A stretch of 64,000 nt of DNA from Longimicrobiales bacterium (GTDB taxonomy: Bacteria > Gemmatimonadota > Gemmatimonadetes > Longimicrobiales > Gaopeijiaceae). Under the pieces are notes generated by a model. The model was not told the DNA's origin, made no database searches, and worked only from the letters and a program-made list of their open reading frames with translations. Position 1 is the stretch's first letter, and each line of letters begins with the position of its first letter. The DNA is taken from contig JAWLHJ010000003.1 of NCBI GenBank assembly GCA_041690395.1, positions 64,001 through 128,000 on the forward strand, given 5' to 3'. This document shows, in pieces, positions 54,445-64,000 of this stretch. Both the position numbers and the translations under genes were made by a program.

Positions 54445-55371
54445 ATGTCTCTAGCTCTTCTGTTCCCCGGACAGGGGTCCCAGGCGGTCGGCATGGCCCG
54501 GGCTCTAGCGAACGCCGAGCCCGTCGCGGCCGACCTCCTCCGTAGCGCGGACGAGATCCTCGGCGCTCCGCTTTCGACCCTCATGTTCGAGGGTCCCGAA
54601 GACGAGTTGACCGCGACCAGGAACGCCCAGCCGGCGATTCTCGCGCACTCCGTGGCGGTGCTGCGTCTGGTCCGCGACCGCGTCGGCCCCGTCGCGTACG
54701 CGGCCGGACACTCGCTCGGCGAGTTCAGCGCCCACGTCGCAGCCGGAACCATGTCGTTCGAGGACGCGCTCCGGGCGGTGCGGCTGAGGGGCGAGCTGAT
54801 GTACGAGGCCGGCCTCCAGCGCCCGGGCACCATGGCCGCCGTGCTCGGCCTGGACGACGACACGATCACCGAGGTCTGCGCCCGCGTCGACCGTGGCATC
54901 TGCGTGCCGGCCAACTTCAACGCGGACGGACAGATCGTCGTGAGTGGCGACGTTGCGGGGGTCGAGCAGCTGGCGGAGATCGCTCCCGAGGCCGGGGCGA
55001 AGAAGGTCGTGATGCTCAACGTGTCCGGGGCGTTCCACTCCCCGCTCATGGAGCCCGCGGCGAAGGGGTTGAGCGAGCACCTGAAGGGCATCGAATTCCG
55101 GGATCCCGAGATTCCGGTCGTCTCCAACGTAACGGCCGAGCCGGTCACCTCGGGTGCCGAGGCTCGCGAGCTCCTGGTCCGTCAGCTGACCGCTCCGGTC
55201 CGCTGGTCCGCATCGGTCCGCACCATGCTCGAAGGCGGCGTCGACCGATTCATCGAGCTGGGCCCGGGCAAGGTCTTGAACGGCCTCAATCGTAGAAACG
55301 CCAAGGGAGTGTCGTCGACGAGCGTCGGCGAGCCGGAAGACATCCAGCAGTTTCAGGAGGCATCGGCATGA
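54445..55371 (+). CDS. fabD: Malonyl-CoA:ACP transacylase
   Basis: FPGQGSQ, GHSLGE, VSGAFHS, PVRW, ELGPG. Confidence 0.97.
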   Translation: MSLALLFPGQGSQAVGMARALANAEPVAADLLRSADEILGAPLSTLMFEGPEDELTATRNAQPAILAHSVAVLRLVRDRVGPVAYAAGHSLGEFSAHVAAGTMSFEDALRAVRLRGELMYEAGLQRPGTMAAVLGLDDDTITEVCARVDRGICVPANFNADGQIVVSGDVAGVEQLAEIAPEAGAKKVVMLNVSGAFHSPLMEPAAKGLSEHLKGIEFRDPEIPVVSNVTAEPVTSGAEARELLVRQLTAPVRWSASVRTMLEGGVDRFIELGPGKVLNGLNRRNAKGVSSTSVGEPEDIQQFQEASA

Positions 55372-56111
55372 GCCGGAAAGAGCTCGACGGGAAGATCTCC
55401 ATCGTGACGGGAGGATCGCGCGGTATCGGTCTCGCCATCGCCCGGGCGCTGGCGGAGGCAGGCTCCCGGGTCGCGGTGATCGGGCGGGGTGGGGAACGCG
55501 CCCGCGAGGCGGCGTCGGAGCTGCCGGGCGACGGTCACGCGGGGTACGCCTGCGACGTGGCGGTCGCCGAGCAGGTCGCCGAAACGGTGAAGGCGATCGA
55601 GTCCGACCTCGGCCCGGTCGACATCCTGGTCAACAACGCGGGGATCACCCGGGACAACATCCTCCTCCGGATGAAGGATGAGGAATTCGATGAAGTGATC
55701 GCGGCCAACCTCAAGGGCCCCTTCCTCTTCACGCGAGCGGTCGCCCGTGGCATGATGAAGCGGCGGGACGGTGCGATCCTGAACATCGGGTCGGTCGTCG
55801 GGATCATGGGGAACGCGGGCCAGGCGAATTACGCCGCGTCCAAGGCCGGGTTGGCCGGCCTCACGAAGAGCGTGGCCAAGGAGCTGGGCTCGAGGGGGGT
55901 GCGATGCAACCTGCTCGCGCCCGGCTTCATCCGCACCGACATGACCGACGCGTTGACGGAGGCCCAGGTCGAGAAGCTGAGCTCCGCGATCCCCCTGGGA
56001 GGCCTCGGAGAGACCGAAGACGTGTCGGAAGTGGCGCGGTTTCTCGTAGGACCGGGAGCGCGCTACATTACCGGCCAGGTCATCGCCGTCGACGGCGGCA
56101 TGGCCATGTAG
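55368..56111 (+). CDS. fabG: 3-oxoacyl-ACP reductase
   Basis: [34 protein letters not shown]. Confidence 0.97.
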   Translation: MSRKELDGKISIVTGGSRGIGLAIARALAEAGSRVAVIGRGGERAREAASELPGDGHAGYACDVAVAEQVAETVKAIESDLGPVDILVNNAGITRDNILLRMKDEEFDEVIAANLKGPFLFTRAVARGMMKRRDGAILNIGSVVGIMGNAGQANYAASKAGLAGLTKSVAKELGSRGVRCNLLAPGFIRTDMTDALTEAQVEKLSSAIPLGGLGETEDVSEVARFLVGPGARYITGQVIAVDGGMAM

Positions 56112-56161
56112 CAGGGCCGTACCTTACACGAACCCTAGCAGCATCATACCAAGGAGGAGAC

Positions 56162-56404
56162 ATGAGTGAGCCCACCGAGGCGCGGGTCCGGGAGATCATC
56201 ATCAACGAGCTGGGCGTCGAGCCCGAGAAGGTGACCAACGACGCCTCATTCGTGGAGGATCTCGGAGCGGACTCGCTGGACACGGTCGAGCTCGTCATGG
56301 CGTTCGAGGAGGAGTTCGGTGTCGACATCCCGGACGAGGATGCCGAGCAGATGCGGACCGTCGGAGACGCCATCGACTACCTCAAGAAGCACTCCGAGGG
56401 CTGA
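56162..56404 (+). CDS. acpP: Acyl carrier protein
   Basis: [32 protein letters not shown]. Confidence 0.98.
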   Translation: MSEPTEARVREIIINELGVEPEKVTNDASFVEDLGADSLDTVELVMAFEEEFGVDIPDEDAEQMRTVGDAIDYLKKHSEG

Positions 56405-56434
56405 TCGCGACGTCAACGCCGAACGCGAAGGAAG

Positions 56435-57700
56435 ATGGGCAACGATACGAGTGTGAAACCCCGCAGAGTGGTCGTCACCGGCATGGGCGTGATTTCGCCC
56501 GTCGGGAACGACGTTCCTACGATGTGGGAGAATCTCGTCGCGGGAGTCAGCGGCGGAGGGCCTGTGACCCACTGGGAGGCGACGGAGGATTTCGCCTGCC
56601 GGATCGCCTGTGAGGTGAAGGGTTTCGATCCTCTCGACTACCTGGACAAGCGCGAGGCGCGACGGCACGATCGCGTGTCGCAGTTCGCGATCGCCGCCTC
56701 CCAGGAGGCGTTGCGGGGCGCGGGTCTGGAGACGTTGCCGGATTCCGTGAACGGAGACCGTGTCGGTGTGGTCTTCGGCAGCGGCATCGGAGGAATCTCC
56801 ACCTTCGAGGAGCAGCATCGGAAGCTTCTCGAGCAGGGCCCCAACCGCGTCAGCCCGTTCTTCATTCCGATGTTCATCCCGGACATCTCCGCGGGCCTCA
56901 TTTCCATGAAGTGGGGCCTGCGGGGTCCGAACTACGCCACAGTCTCCGCCTGTGCGTCGTCGGCGCACGCGATCGGAGACGCCTCCCGGCACATCCGCTA
57001 CGGTGACGCCGACGTCATGGTGGCGGGCGGTGCCGAAGCGACCATCACGCCGATGACGTTCGCGGGCTTCTCGGCGATGAAGGCGATGTCCACGCGTAAC
57101 GACGACCCCGCCACCGCGAGTCGTCCGTTTTCGTCCGACCGGGACGGCTTCGTGATGGGTGAGGGAGCCGGTGCGGTGGTGCTCGAGGCGCTCGAGCACG
57201 CCGAGGCCAGGGGCGCCGCGATACTGGCCGAGGTGGTCGGATACGGCCTTTCGGGAGACGCGTATCACATCACCGCTCCACCTCCCGAGGGCGAAGGGGC
57301 GCAGGCCGCCATGCGCATGGCGCTGAAGCACTCGGGCGCGAGCGCCGGCGACGTCGACTACGTCAACGCGCACGGCACGTCGACCATGGCGGACGCCATC
57401 GAGACGCATGCCATCAAGCAGGTCCTGGGCGACCGCGCCCGCGAGATCGTGGTGGGGTCGACGAAGTCGGCCACGGGGCATCTGCTCGGTGCCGCCGGCG
57501 CGCTCGAGACGATCGTCTCGATCATGGTCACGCGCACGGGCGTGATCCCGCCCACCATCAACTTCCAGGGTCCGGACCCGGCGTGCGATCTCGAGTACGC
57601 CCACGGAGGCCCCATCGAGCGGTCGGTCGAGCTCGCGCTGTCGAACTCGTTCGGCTTCGGCGGACACAACGTCTGCCTGGCGGTTCGGAAGTGGGTCTGA
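56435..57700 (+). CDS. fabF: Beta-ketoacyl-ACP synthase II
   Basis: RRVVVTG, SACASS, NAHGTST, KSATGHLLGAAG, SNSFGFGG. Confidence 0.97.
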   Translation: MGNDTSVKPRRVVVTGMGVISPVGNDVPTMWENLVAGVSGGGPVTHWEATEDFACRIACEVKGFDPLDYLDKREARRHDRVSQFAIAASQEALRGAGLETLPDSVNGDRVGVVFGSGIGGISTFEEQHRKLLEQGPNRVSPFFIPMFIPDISAGLISMKWGLRGPNYATVSACASSAHAIGDASRHIRYGDADVMVAGGAEATITPMTFAGFSAMKAMSTRNDDPATASRPFSSDRDGFVMGEGAGAVVLEALEHAEARGAAILAEVVGYGLSGDAYHITAPPPEGEGAQAAMRMALKHSGASAGDVDYVNAHGTSTMADAIETHAIKQVLGDRAREIVVGSTKSATGHLLGAAGALETIVSIMVTRTGVIPPTINFQGPDPACDLEYAHGGPIERSVELALSNSFGFGGHNVCLAVRKWV

Positions 57701-57710
57701 GCCCCTCTTC

Positions 57711-58199
57711 ATGAGGGTCGGCACCGGGTACGACTCGCACCGCTTCGATCCCGATCGGCCCCTCGTCATCGGGGGTGTTTCCATTCCCGACCACCCCGGG
57801 CTGACCGGACATTCCGACGGCGACGCCGTGGCCCACGCCGTCATCGACGCGGTGCTCGGCGCCGCGGGGGCCGGCGACGTCGGTCGGCATTTCCCACCTA
57901 CCGACGACCGGTGGAAGGGCGCGGACTCGATCGACCTGCTCCGGCGCGCGTCGGACGTCCTGGGGGAGCGGGGGTTCCGGGTCGTCAACGTCGACGTGAC
58001 GGTCGTTTGCGAGACGCCCAAGATCGGTCCTCACGCCGTGGCCATGTGCGGACGTTTGTCCGATGCCCTCGGAGTTCCCTCCGACGCCGTGTCGGTGAAG
58101 GGCAAGACCAACGAAGGCATGGGGTGGATCGGTCGGGGCGAAGGCGTCGCCGTCCACGCGGTGGCACTCGTCGAGCCGGTCGCGACGGCTCGCGGCTGA
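57711..58199 (+). CDS. ispF: 2-C-methyl-D-erythritol 2,4-cyclodiphosphate synthase
   Basis: G.GYDSH, GHSDGD..AHA..DA, GDVG.HFP, KGKT.EG. Confidence 0.97.
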   Translation: MRVGTGYDSHRFDPDRPLVIGGVSIPDHPGLTGHSDGDAVAHAVIDAVLGAAGAGDVGRHFPPTDDRWKGADSIDLLRRASDVLGERGFRVVNVDVTVVCETPKIGPHAVAMCGRLSDALGVPSDAVSVKGKTNEGMGWIGRGEGVAVHAVALVEPVATARG

Positions 58200-58262
58200 G
58201 CCGGGAGGGGCCGTGCATCACCGGGCCCGCCCGTCTTCGCCCGATGGGCCGGAGGATGGCGC

Positions 58263-58874
58263 GTGAGCGCACTCCTCGACTGGATGCTCGGTATCCCGCC
58301 CGGCCTGGCGTACCTCCTGCTCGGCATCGGCGCCGCGCTGGAGAACATCGTTCCCGCGGTGCCGGCCGACACCTTCGTAGCCCTCGGCGGACTCCTCTCG
58401 TCGCTCGGTGACCTGGACGCCCGCGTCATCTTCCTGGTGACCTGGGCGGCGAACGTGGCGTCGGCGCTCGTGACCTATCGCCTGGGATACGTGTACGGCC
58501 GGAGCTTCTTCGAGCACGGGTTCGGGCGGCGCCTGCTCGCCATGCACCAGGTGGAGCGCATGGATGCGTTCTACGCACGCTGGGGGCTCTTCGCGATCTT
58601 CTTCACCCGATTCCTCCCCGGACTGCGGGCCATCGTGCCGGTGTTCGCCGGGGTGACGCACCACGGCTTCGTGCCGGTCGCCATTCCCCTGGCGACGGCT
58701 TCGGCCATCTGGTACGGCGGGCTCGTCTGGCTGGGCGCCTTCGCGGGTCGAAACCTCCACCTCCTCACGAGCCTCCTGGAGCGCCTCAACAGCACCCTGG
58801 GCATGGTGGCGCTCGTCCTCGCCCTCCTCATCGGCGTCTGGTGGTGGCGGACGAGGCATCCCCCCGATGGCTGA
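58263..58874 (+). CDS. DedA family membrane protein
   Basis: LEN..P..PAD, Y.LG..YG, RFLPGLR. Confidence 0.88.
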   Translation: MSALLDWMLGIPPGLAYLLLGIGAALENIVPAVPADTFVALGGLLSSLGDLDARVIFLVTWAANVASALVTYRLGYVYGRSFFEHGFGRRLLAMHQVERMDAFYARWGLFAIFFTRFLPGLRAIVPVFAGVTHHGFVPVAIPLATASAIWYGGLVWLGAFAGRNLHLLTSLLERLNSTLGMVALVLALLIGVWWWRTRHPPDG

Positions 58875-59769
58875 CGCGGACAGGGCCTTCCGGACCGACA
58901 TGTTCCGGGAGTACATGGTCTTCGAGCGGGGGCTCTCCGAGCGAACGGTCGACGCCTACCTCGGCGACCTGCGGAAGCTTTTCACGCACCTCATGGCAGA
59001 GGGCGTGGAGCGCCCCGAAGCGGTTCGACCCGAGCACGTCCGCGGGTGGGTGGGCGGGCTGAGGAGCGGGGGCTTGGCGCCGGCCTCGGTACGACGCGCG
59101 CGGTCGTCGGCGCGGACTTACTTCGGGTTCCTGTTGGCCGAGGGGGTCATCGACACCGACCCGACGGAGCACCTGCAGGCGCCGAAGGTCGACCGGAAGC
59201 TTCCCGACTACCTCACGGTGGACGAAACGATGCGCTTGCTGGAGGCGCCGGATCCCGATCGTGAGCTCTACTGGCGCGACCGGGCGATGCTCGAGGTCCT
59301 CTATGCGACCGGTATGCGCGTGTCGGAGCTCACCGGGCTCACGCTCGGCCTCCTGGACCTGGACGAGGGCTTCGCCACGGTCTTCGGGAAGGGCTCCAAG
59401 GAGCGGCTCGTGCCCATTGGTGCCCCCGCCTTGAGGGCGCTACGGCGCTACCTGGGCGAGGTGCGTCCTCGTCTGGACCGCGGGTCGGGGAAGAGGATCG
59501 TGTTCCTGACCGCCAGAGGGCGTCCGATCCGGAGGGAGTCGGTGTGGCGTGTCGTCCGCGACGCCGCCCGTCGGGCGGGCCTCGAGCGGGATGTCTCCCC
59601 CCATACGCTCCGCCATACGTTCGCGACCCACCTCGTGGAGGGCGGCGCCGATCTGGCGGCCGTCCAGGAGCTCCTCGGACACGTGGACATCAGCACGACG
59701 GAGATCTACACGCATGTGGACCGCGCCTACCTGCGCGAGGTCCACAGGCGCTTCCACCCCCGGCGCTAA
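58867..59769 (+). CDS. xerD: Tyrosine recombinase XerD
   Basis: RDRAMLEVLYATGMRVSEL, GKGSKERLVP, SPHTLRHTFATHL, VQELLGH..ISTTEIYTH, FHPR. Confidence 0.93.
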   Translation: MADADRAFRTDMFREYMVFERGLSERTVDAYLGDLRKLFTHLMAEGVERPEAVRPEHVRGWVGGLRSGGLAPASVRRARSSARTYFGFLLAEGVIDTDPTEHLQAPKVDRKLPDYLTVDETMRLLEAPDPDRELYWRDRAMLEVLYATGMRVSELTGLTLGLLDLDEGFATVFGKGSKERLVPIGAPALRALRRYLGEVRPRLDRGSGKRIVFLTARGRPIRRESVWRVVRDAARRAGLERDVSPHTLRHTFATHLVEGGADLAAVQELLGHVDISTTEIYTHVDRAYLREVHRRFHPRR

Positions 59770-59845
59770 TGGATGCCGGGGCGGGAGCGCCGGCCCCCGT
59801 TGGGCGGGCGGGGACGCGACCCGAGATGTGGGGTGGAGCGGCGCG

Positions 59846-61480
59846 CTAGCTCGGGCTCTCGCCTCGCGTCGTGGTCGAATCCGCTCGGGCCCGGTCCGCT
59901 TCCAGGAACAACTCCGCCTGGGTGCTCGACGTCGTGAGCAGGCGGATCGCTTCCGAGAGCACGGGGTCCCGCTCCTGGCGGACGCTGGCCTCGGCCCCGA
60001 TGTCGTCCATGCGCTGCGCGATGGCCACACGCACCCGCCATCTCAGATAGTCCAGGATCTCCTGGTCCTCGATGAGCGCGGGATCGAGGCCTTCCGTGAC
60101 GAGCCCGTCGGTGAACGCCTCGAACTCGCCGGGGGCCAGCTCCGGTCCGCCTTCGGACGCGAGCCGTTCGGCCGCGATCTGGAAGCCGTGCTCCACGATG
60201 CGCTGCGCGAGGGGGAAGTCCGCTTCGATGGTGGCTCGGAGGAATTCCTGCTCGTTGGTCGTGAGGGTGTCGTCCTGCAGGGCCATGTCGGGGAAGATGC
60301 CGCCACCGTCCACGAGCGTCCGGCCACCCGGCGTCGTCACCCGACGCAGCGTGTCCGGGTCCTCGTCGAGCGGCCGCATCTCGTTGTCACGATCGCGCTG
60401 CAGCGAGCGACCGAGGGGCGTCATCCAGGACCCGGTCGTGAAGCGGAGACGGCGACCGTGCGGAAGCGGCATGACCGTCTGTACCACGCCCTTGCCGAAG
60501 GTGCGCTCGCCGAGCACCAGGGCCCGGTCGTAGTCCTGCAGCGCTCCGGCGAGGATTTCGGCGCCGGAGGCCGTGTACTGGTCCACGAGGATCACGATGG
60601 GAAGATCCGGCACCATCTGCGGCCAGCGATCGGTGAAGGAGTCGGTGTCGGGCTCCTCCGCCGAGCCGCCCGGTGCGCGCTGCACGGTGCTGGCGAGCGT
60701 CGATCCGGGCTCGAGGAAGAGGTCCGCGAGCATCAACGACTCGTCCAGGAATCCGCCGGGGTTCCTACGGAGGTCGATGATCAGGCCCCGATGTCCCTGC
60801 AACTCCTGGAGGGCCTCGTTCATCTCCCGGGCCGCGTTGCGGGCCACACGGTCCATGGCGACGTAGCCGATGCCTTCTTCGAGAACGCCGTAGCTCACCG
60901 CCGGCACGTGCACTTCCGCCCGGGTGATGTCGAAGGAGAACGGCTCGTCGTAGCCGGCCCGGCGAACGTCGACGTTCACGGAGCTCCCGGCGGGCCCGCG
61001 GATGGAATCGGCCGTCATGCCGGTGCTCCAGTCCGAGGCGTCGTGCCCGTCCACGCCGACGATCACGTCACCCACCAGGATTCCCATCTCGCTCGCGGGG
61101 AAGCCACGGAAGACGCCCGTGACCGTCACTTCCTCGTTGAGCAGCGTGATCTGGAGCCCGATGCCCGAGTAGTTTCCGGTCGTCGCCTCCTCCCACTCGT
61201 CCGCTTCCGCCGGCGTGAACAGCTCGGCGTACGGATCGTCGAGGGACGCGATGAGCCCGTCGATGGCAGCCTCCCAGAGGAGCGAGTCGTTGAACTCGTC
61301 CATGTGCATCCGGGAGATGGCATCCACGGCGCCCGCGAGGACGTCGACGGCCGGAGCCTGATTTCCGTTCTCCCCTCGGTTGGGGCGGTCGGCCTGCTGG
61401 GCCGACAGCCCCGTCGCGCTGAAGGCCATGATGCCGAAGGCCATGGACAGGAAGACGGCGGGGGTGGTTCGGTTCTTCAT
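59846..61480 (-). CDS. S41A C-terminal processing peptidase (CtpA/Prc) with PDZ domain
   Basis: Signal peptide; LDDPY, YSGIG, PDZ region, IIDLRRNPGG, TASGAEI, GERTFGKGVVQ. Confidence 0.93.
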   Translation of the reverse strand: MKNRTTPAVFLSMAFGIMAFSATGLSAQQADRPNRGENGNQAPAVDVLAGAVDAISRMHMDEFNDSLLWEAAIDGLIASLDDPYAELFTPAEADEWEEATTGNYSGIGLQITLLNEEVTVTGVFRGFPASEMGILVGDVIVGVDGHDASDWSTGMTADSIRGPAGSSVNVDVRRAGYDEPFSFDITRAEVHVPAVSYGVLEEGIGYVAMDRVARNAAREMNEALQELQGHRGLIIDLRRNPGGFLDESLMLADLFLEPGSTLASTVQRAPGGSAEEPDTDSFTDRWPQMVPDLPIVILVDQYTASGAEILAGALQDYDRALVLGERTFGKGVVQTVMPLPHGRRLRFTTGSWMTPLGRSLQRDRDNEMRPLDEDPDTLRRVTTPGGRTLVDGGGIFPDMALQDDTLTTNEQEFLRATIEADFPLAQRIVEHGFQIAAERLASEGGPELAPGEFEAFTDGLVTEGLDPALIEDQEILDYLRWRVRVAIAQRMDDIGAEASVRQERDPVLSEAIRLLTTSSTQAELFLEADRARADSTTTRGESPS

Positions 61481-61574
61481 GGGGCGCCCTTTGGGTCGTG
61501 CGATTCACACCGGAGTCGTTAGACACCCGGAAAACCGGCTCGTTCCTCGAACGAAAGCGATCGCACGTGTACGC

Positions 61575-61591
61575 TGCAACCCTCGCGCCAA
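61575..61591 (-). promoter_or_regulatory. sigma54 -24/-12 promoter for the S41 peptidase
   Basis: Minus strand TTGGCGCGAGGGTTGCA with GG-N10-GC spacing and TTGCA -12 box, about 95 bp upstream of the ATG. Confidence 0.65.
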
Positions 61592-61670
61592 ACAGATACC
61601 TTTCCGTCTTCGCTCGCGACGGACGGCCATCCCGCTCCGACCGACCAACACCAGACTGCTCGACGAACCC

Positions 61671-63467
61671 ATGCGCTCAGGCAATCCCGCGACGCCGCTT
61701 CGTGTCGGACTCGCCCAGATCAAACCGACCAAGGCCGATGTCGCGGCCAATCTCGCCAGGGTGGGGGCACTGATCGACGCCCACGCCGCGGACGTCGACG
61801 TGCTGCTCTTCCCGGAGACCTGTCTCTCGGGATACTTCCTGGAGGGAGGCGTGTCCGAGGCGGCGCTGTCGGTCACCGAGCTCGTGGAGGGACTCGGCGC
61901 GCCGGGCCCCGACGCTCCCGACGTGGCGCTCGGCTTCTACGAGACATGGAACCGGCGCGTCTACAACAGCGCCGCCTACGTGGAGCCGGCCGGGGACGGA
62001 TGGAAGGTCCGGCACGTCCACCGGAAGCTGTTCCTGCCCACGTACGGCGTCTTCGACGAAGGGCGCTTCGTGGAGGCGGGGGCGTCGGTGGAGGCGTTCG
62101 ACACGCGCTTCGGGCGCTTCGGCATGCTCGTATGCGAAGATGCCTGGCACTCGCTCGCAGGGACGGTCCTGGCGGTGGGCGGTGCAGAGCTCATCCTGGT
62201 CCCGAGCGCGTCGCCGTCCCGCGACTTCCGACCCGCAAGTGGTGGGAGGCCGTCCAACCTCGCCCGGTGGGACCAACTCGCGCCGGGCATGGCGACGGAA
62301 CACGGCGTCTTCGTGGCGGTCGCGCAGCTCGCCGGTTCCGAGGGCGGAAAGGTTTTTCCGGGTGGATCCGTCGCCGTGGATCCCCATGGGGAGGTCCTGG
62401 GGCGTGGTCCCATGTACGAAGAGGGCGTCACCGTGGTGCCCATGGACGCGGGTGCGCTCCAGCGGGCCCGTTCTGCCGCCCCGCTCCTGTCGGATCTCGA
62501 GCGGATGCTTCCCAGGCTGGAGCGCTCGCTCCAGCGGGCGCACGCCCAGGCCGAGACCAAGCACCGGGGCGACGTGGCGGAAGTGGCCACGATGCCCTTC
62601 GTCGGAAGGATATCCGACGCCGCACGGTCGGTCGCGGAACGGACGCCCGAGCTGTCGATGGAGTTGGATCTCGAGCTCGTGGAGCGCACGCTGGTCGAGT
62701 TCATCCGGGAGGAAGTACGCCGCCGGCGTGGCTTCGAGCGCGTCGTGGTGGGCGTCTCGGGCGGGGTCGATTCGGCCGTCTCGCTCTTTCTCGCCTGCCG
62801 CGCCCTGGGACCGGAGAACGTCCAGGGCTTTCGCTTGCCGTACAGGACGTCGAGCCAGGAGAGCCTCGATCACGCCGCCCTGGCGCTCGAGGCCGTGGGC
62901 GCGCCTTCGAGCACCATCGACATCTCGGAGCCCATCGACCGGTACGTGGAGCGCTACGAGCCCGACCTGTCCCCGACTCGCAAGGGCAACCTGATGGCCC
63001 GACTGCGCGCCGTGGTGCTCTTCGACCAGTCCGCGAAGCTCCACGCGCTTCCCCTCGGCACGGGAAACAAGAGCGAGCGACTGCTCGGCTACTTCACCTG
63101 GCACGCCGACGACTCCCCGCCCATCAACCCGATCGGGGACCTCTTCAAGACCCAGGTATGGGCCCTCGCCCGCCACCTCGGGGTTCCCGACGCCATCGTC
63201 GACAAGCCGGCGACGGCCGACCTGGTGCAGGGGGTGAACGACGAGGACGAGCTCGGGGTCGCCTACCATACGGCGGACCCGATCCTGATGGCGCTCCTGA
63301 GCGGGCACCGGAAGGACGACCTTCCCGCGCTCGGCTTCGACCCGGCGGATGTCGAGGTGGTGTGGCGTCGTCTCAGCTCGACCCACTGGAAGCGGGAGCT
63401 GCCGACGGTCGCGGTCCTCTCGTCGAGCGCCATCGGCGCGTTCTACCTGCGGCCCGTCGACTACTGA
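61671..63467 (+). CDS. nadE: Glutamine-dependent NAD+ synthetase (nitrilase-like glutaminase fused to synthetase domain)
   Basis: Glutaminase triad FPE / HRKLFLP / VCEDAW; SGGVDS, GNLMARLR, GTGNKSE, DLFKTQV, TADL. Confidence 0.95.
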   Translation: MRSGNPATPLRVGLAQIKPTKADVAANLARVGALIDAHAADVDVLLFPETCLSGYFLEGGVSEAALSVTELVEGLGAPGPDAPDVALGFYETWNRRVYNSAAYVEPAGDGWKVRHVHRKLFLPTYGVFDEGRFVEAGASVEAFDTRFGRFGMLVCEDAWHSLAGTVLAVGGAELILVPSASPSRDFRPASGGRPSNLARWDQLAPGMATEHGVFVAVAQLAGSEGGKVFPGGSVAVDPHGEVLGRGPMYEEGVTVVPMDAGALQRARSAAPLLSDLERMLPRLERSLQRAHAQAETKHRGDVAEVATMPFVGRISDAARSVAERTPELSMELDLELVERTLVEFIREEVRRRRGFERVVVGVSGGVDSAVSLFLACRALGPENVQGFRLPYRTSSQESLDHAALALEAVGAPSSTIDISEPIDRYVERYEPDLSPTRKGNLMARLRAVVLFDQSAKLHALPLGTGNKSERLLGYFTWHADDSPPINPIGDLFKTQVWALARHLGVPDAIVDKPATADLVQGVNDEDELGVAYHTADPILMALLSGHRKDDLPALGFDPADVEVVWRRLSSTHWKRELPTVAVLSSSAIGAFYLRPVDY

Positions 63468-63515
63468 CGTCGACCGACTACATTCCAGCGGCACATCCCC
63501 CCGTTATCGACGCAC

Positions 63516-64000
63516 ATGCTCCTCGTCATCGACAACTACGACTCGTTCACGTTCAACCTCGTCCAGCTGCTCGGCGATCTCGGCGAGGACCCCGTGGTCT
63601 TCCGAAACGACGAGCGGACGGTGGCCGAGCTGACGGCAATGGAGCCCGAGCGCGTCGTGGTGTCGCCGGGCCCATGCACTCCGGCGGAGGCCGGCGTGAG
63701 CGTGGAGCTCATCCGGACGTTGGGCGAGCAGGGGGTCCCCGTGCTGGGCGTATGCCTCGGGCACCAGAGCATCGGGGAGGCCTTCGGCGGCCGGACCATA
63801 CGAGCACGCCGCACCATGCACGGGAAGACCGGTCCGATCCGACACGACGGCCGGGGCATCTTCGAGGGCCTTCCCGAGCGTTTCGACGTCGCCCGGTACC
63901 ACTCCCTGGTCACCGACACGGCCGCCCTCCCCGCCGTTCTCGTCCCGGTCGCGTGGAGCACCGCCGCGGAGGACGAGGGAGAGATCCAGGCGATGCGTCA
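63516..64000 (+). CDS. Anthranilate / aminodeoxychorismate synthase component II (TrpG/PabA), 3'-truncated by the window edge
   Basis: Read directly from the sequence: MLLVIDNYDSFTFNLVQ, VSPGPCTP, LGVCLGHQ, MHGKT, ARYHSL. Confidence 0.93.
   Translation, partial: MLLVIDNYDSFTFNLVQLLGDLGEDPVVFRNDERTVAELTAMEPERVVVSPGPCTPAEAGVSVELIRTLGEQGVPVLGVCLGHQSIGEAFGGRTIRARRTMHGKTGPIRHDGRGIFEGLPERFDVARYHSLVTDTAALPAVLVPVAWSTAAEDEGEIQAMR

Noticed and set aside
58867..59769. Tyrosine recombinase as a phage or island integrase
   Set aside because: It has XerD-specific motifs and length, overlaps dedA within a housekeeping operon, and has no att sites or cargo nearby; it lies more than 50 kb from the tRNA repeat.

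Overview
High-GC (roughly 70% by eye) bacterial chromosomal segment that is mostly core genome. Gene content and protein style suggest Gemmatimonadota, but that is an inference. In order: ispA-dxs-nadK-recN; a hypothetical outer-membrane-like gene; a tRNA-Gly(GCC)/tRNA-Cys(GCA) operon followed by a highly structured 233-bp tandem repeat built on the tRNA-Cys 3' end; a short accessory stretch (twin palindromes, putative lipoprotein, DUF2158-like protein, PLP and FAD enzymes, a tiny [GS][DE]RR-repeat protein, and a Tyr/Trp- plus Arg/Ser/Pro-rich secreted protein behind a sigma54-type promoter); a Rho lacking the usual N-terminal helical bundle; tesA/ybbAP; aminotransferase-dppA-MFS-copC-copD; an OpuB/EgtU-type ABC importer divergent from egtD; dcd; a complete nuoA-N operon with a sigma70 promoter and Rex-type operator; phosphomannomutase, UPF0182, sucCD, CBS protein, ndk; yceD-rpmF-plsX-fabH-fabD-fabG-acpP-fabF-ispF-dedA-xerD; an S41 protease behind a second sigma54-type promoter; Gln-dependent nadE and a partial trpG/pabA. 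No CRISPR array, prophage, transposase or defence system was seen. The best leads are the tRNA-Cys-linked repeat carrying an antisense copy of the tRNA 3' end, the candidate c-di-GMP sponge peptide, and the egtD/ABC importer pairing. All functional calls come from motif recognition by eye; no database searches were run.
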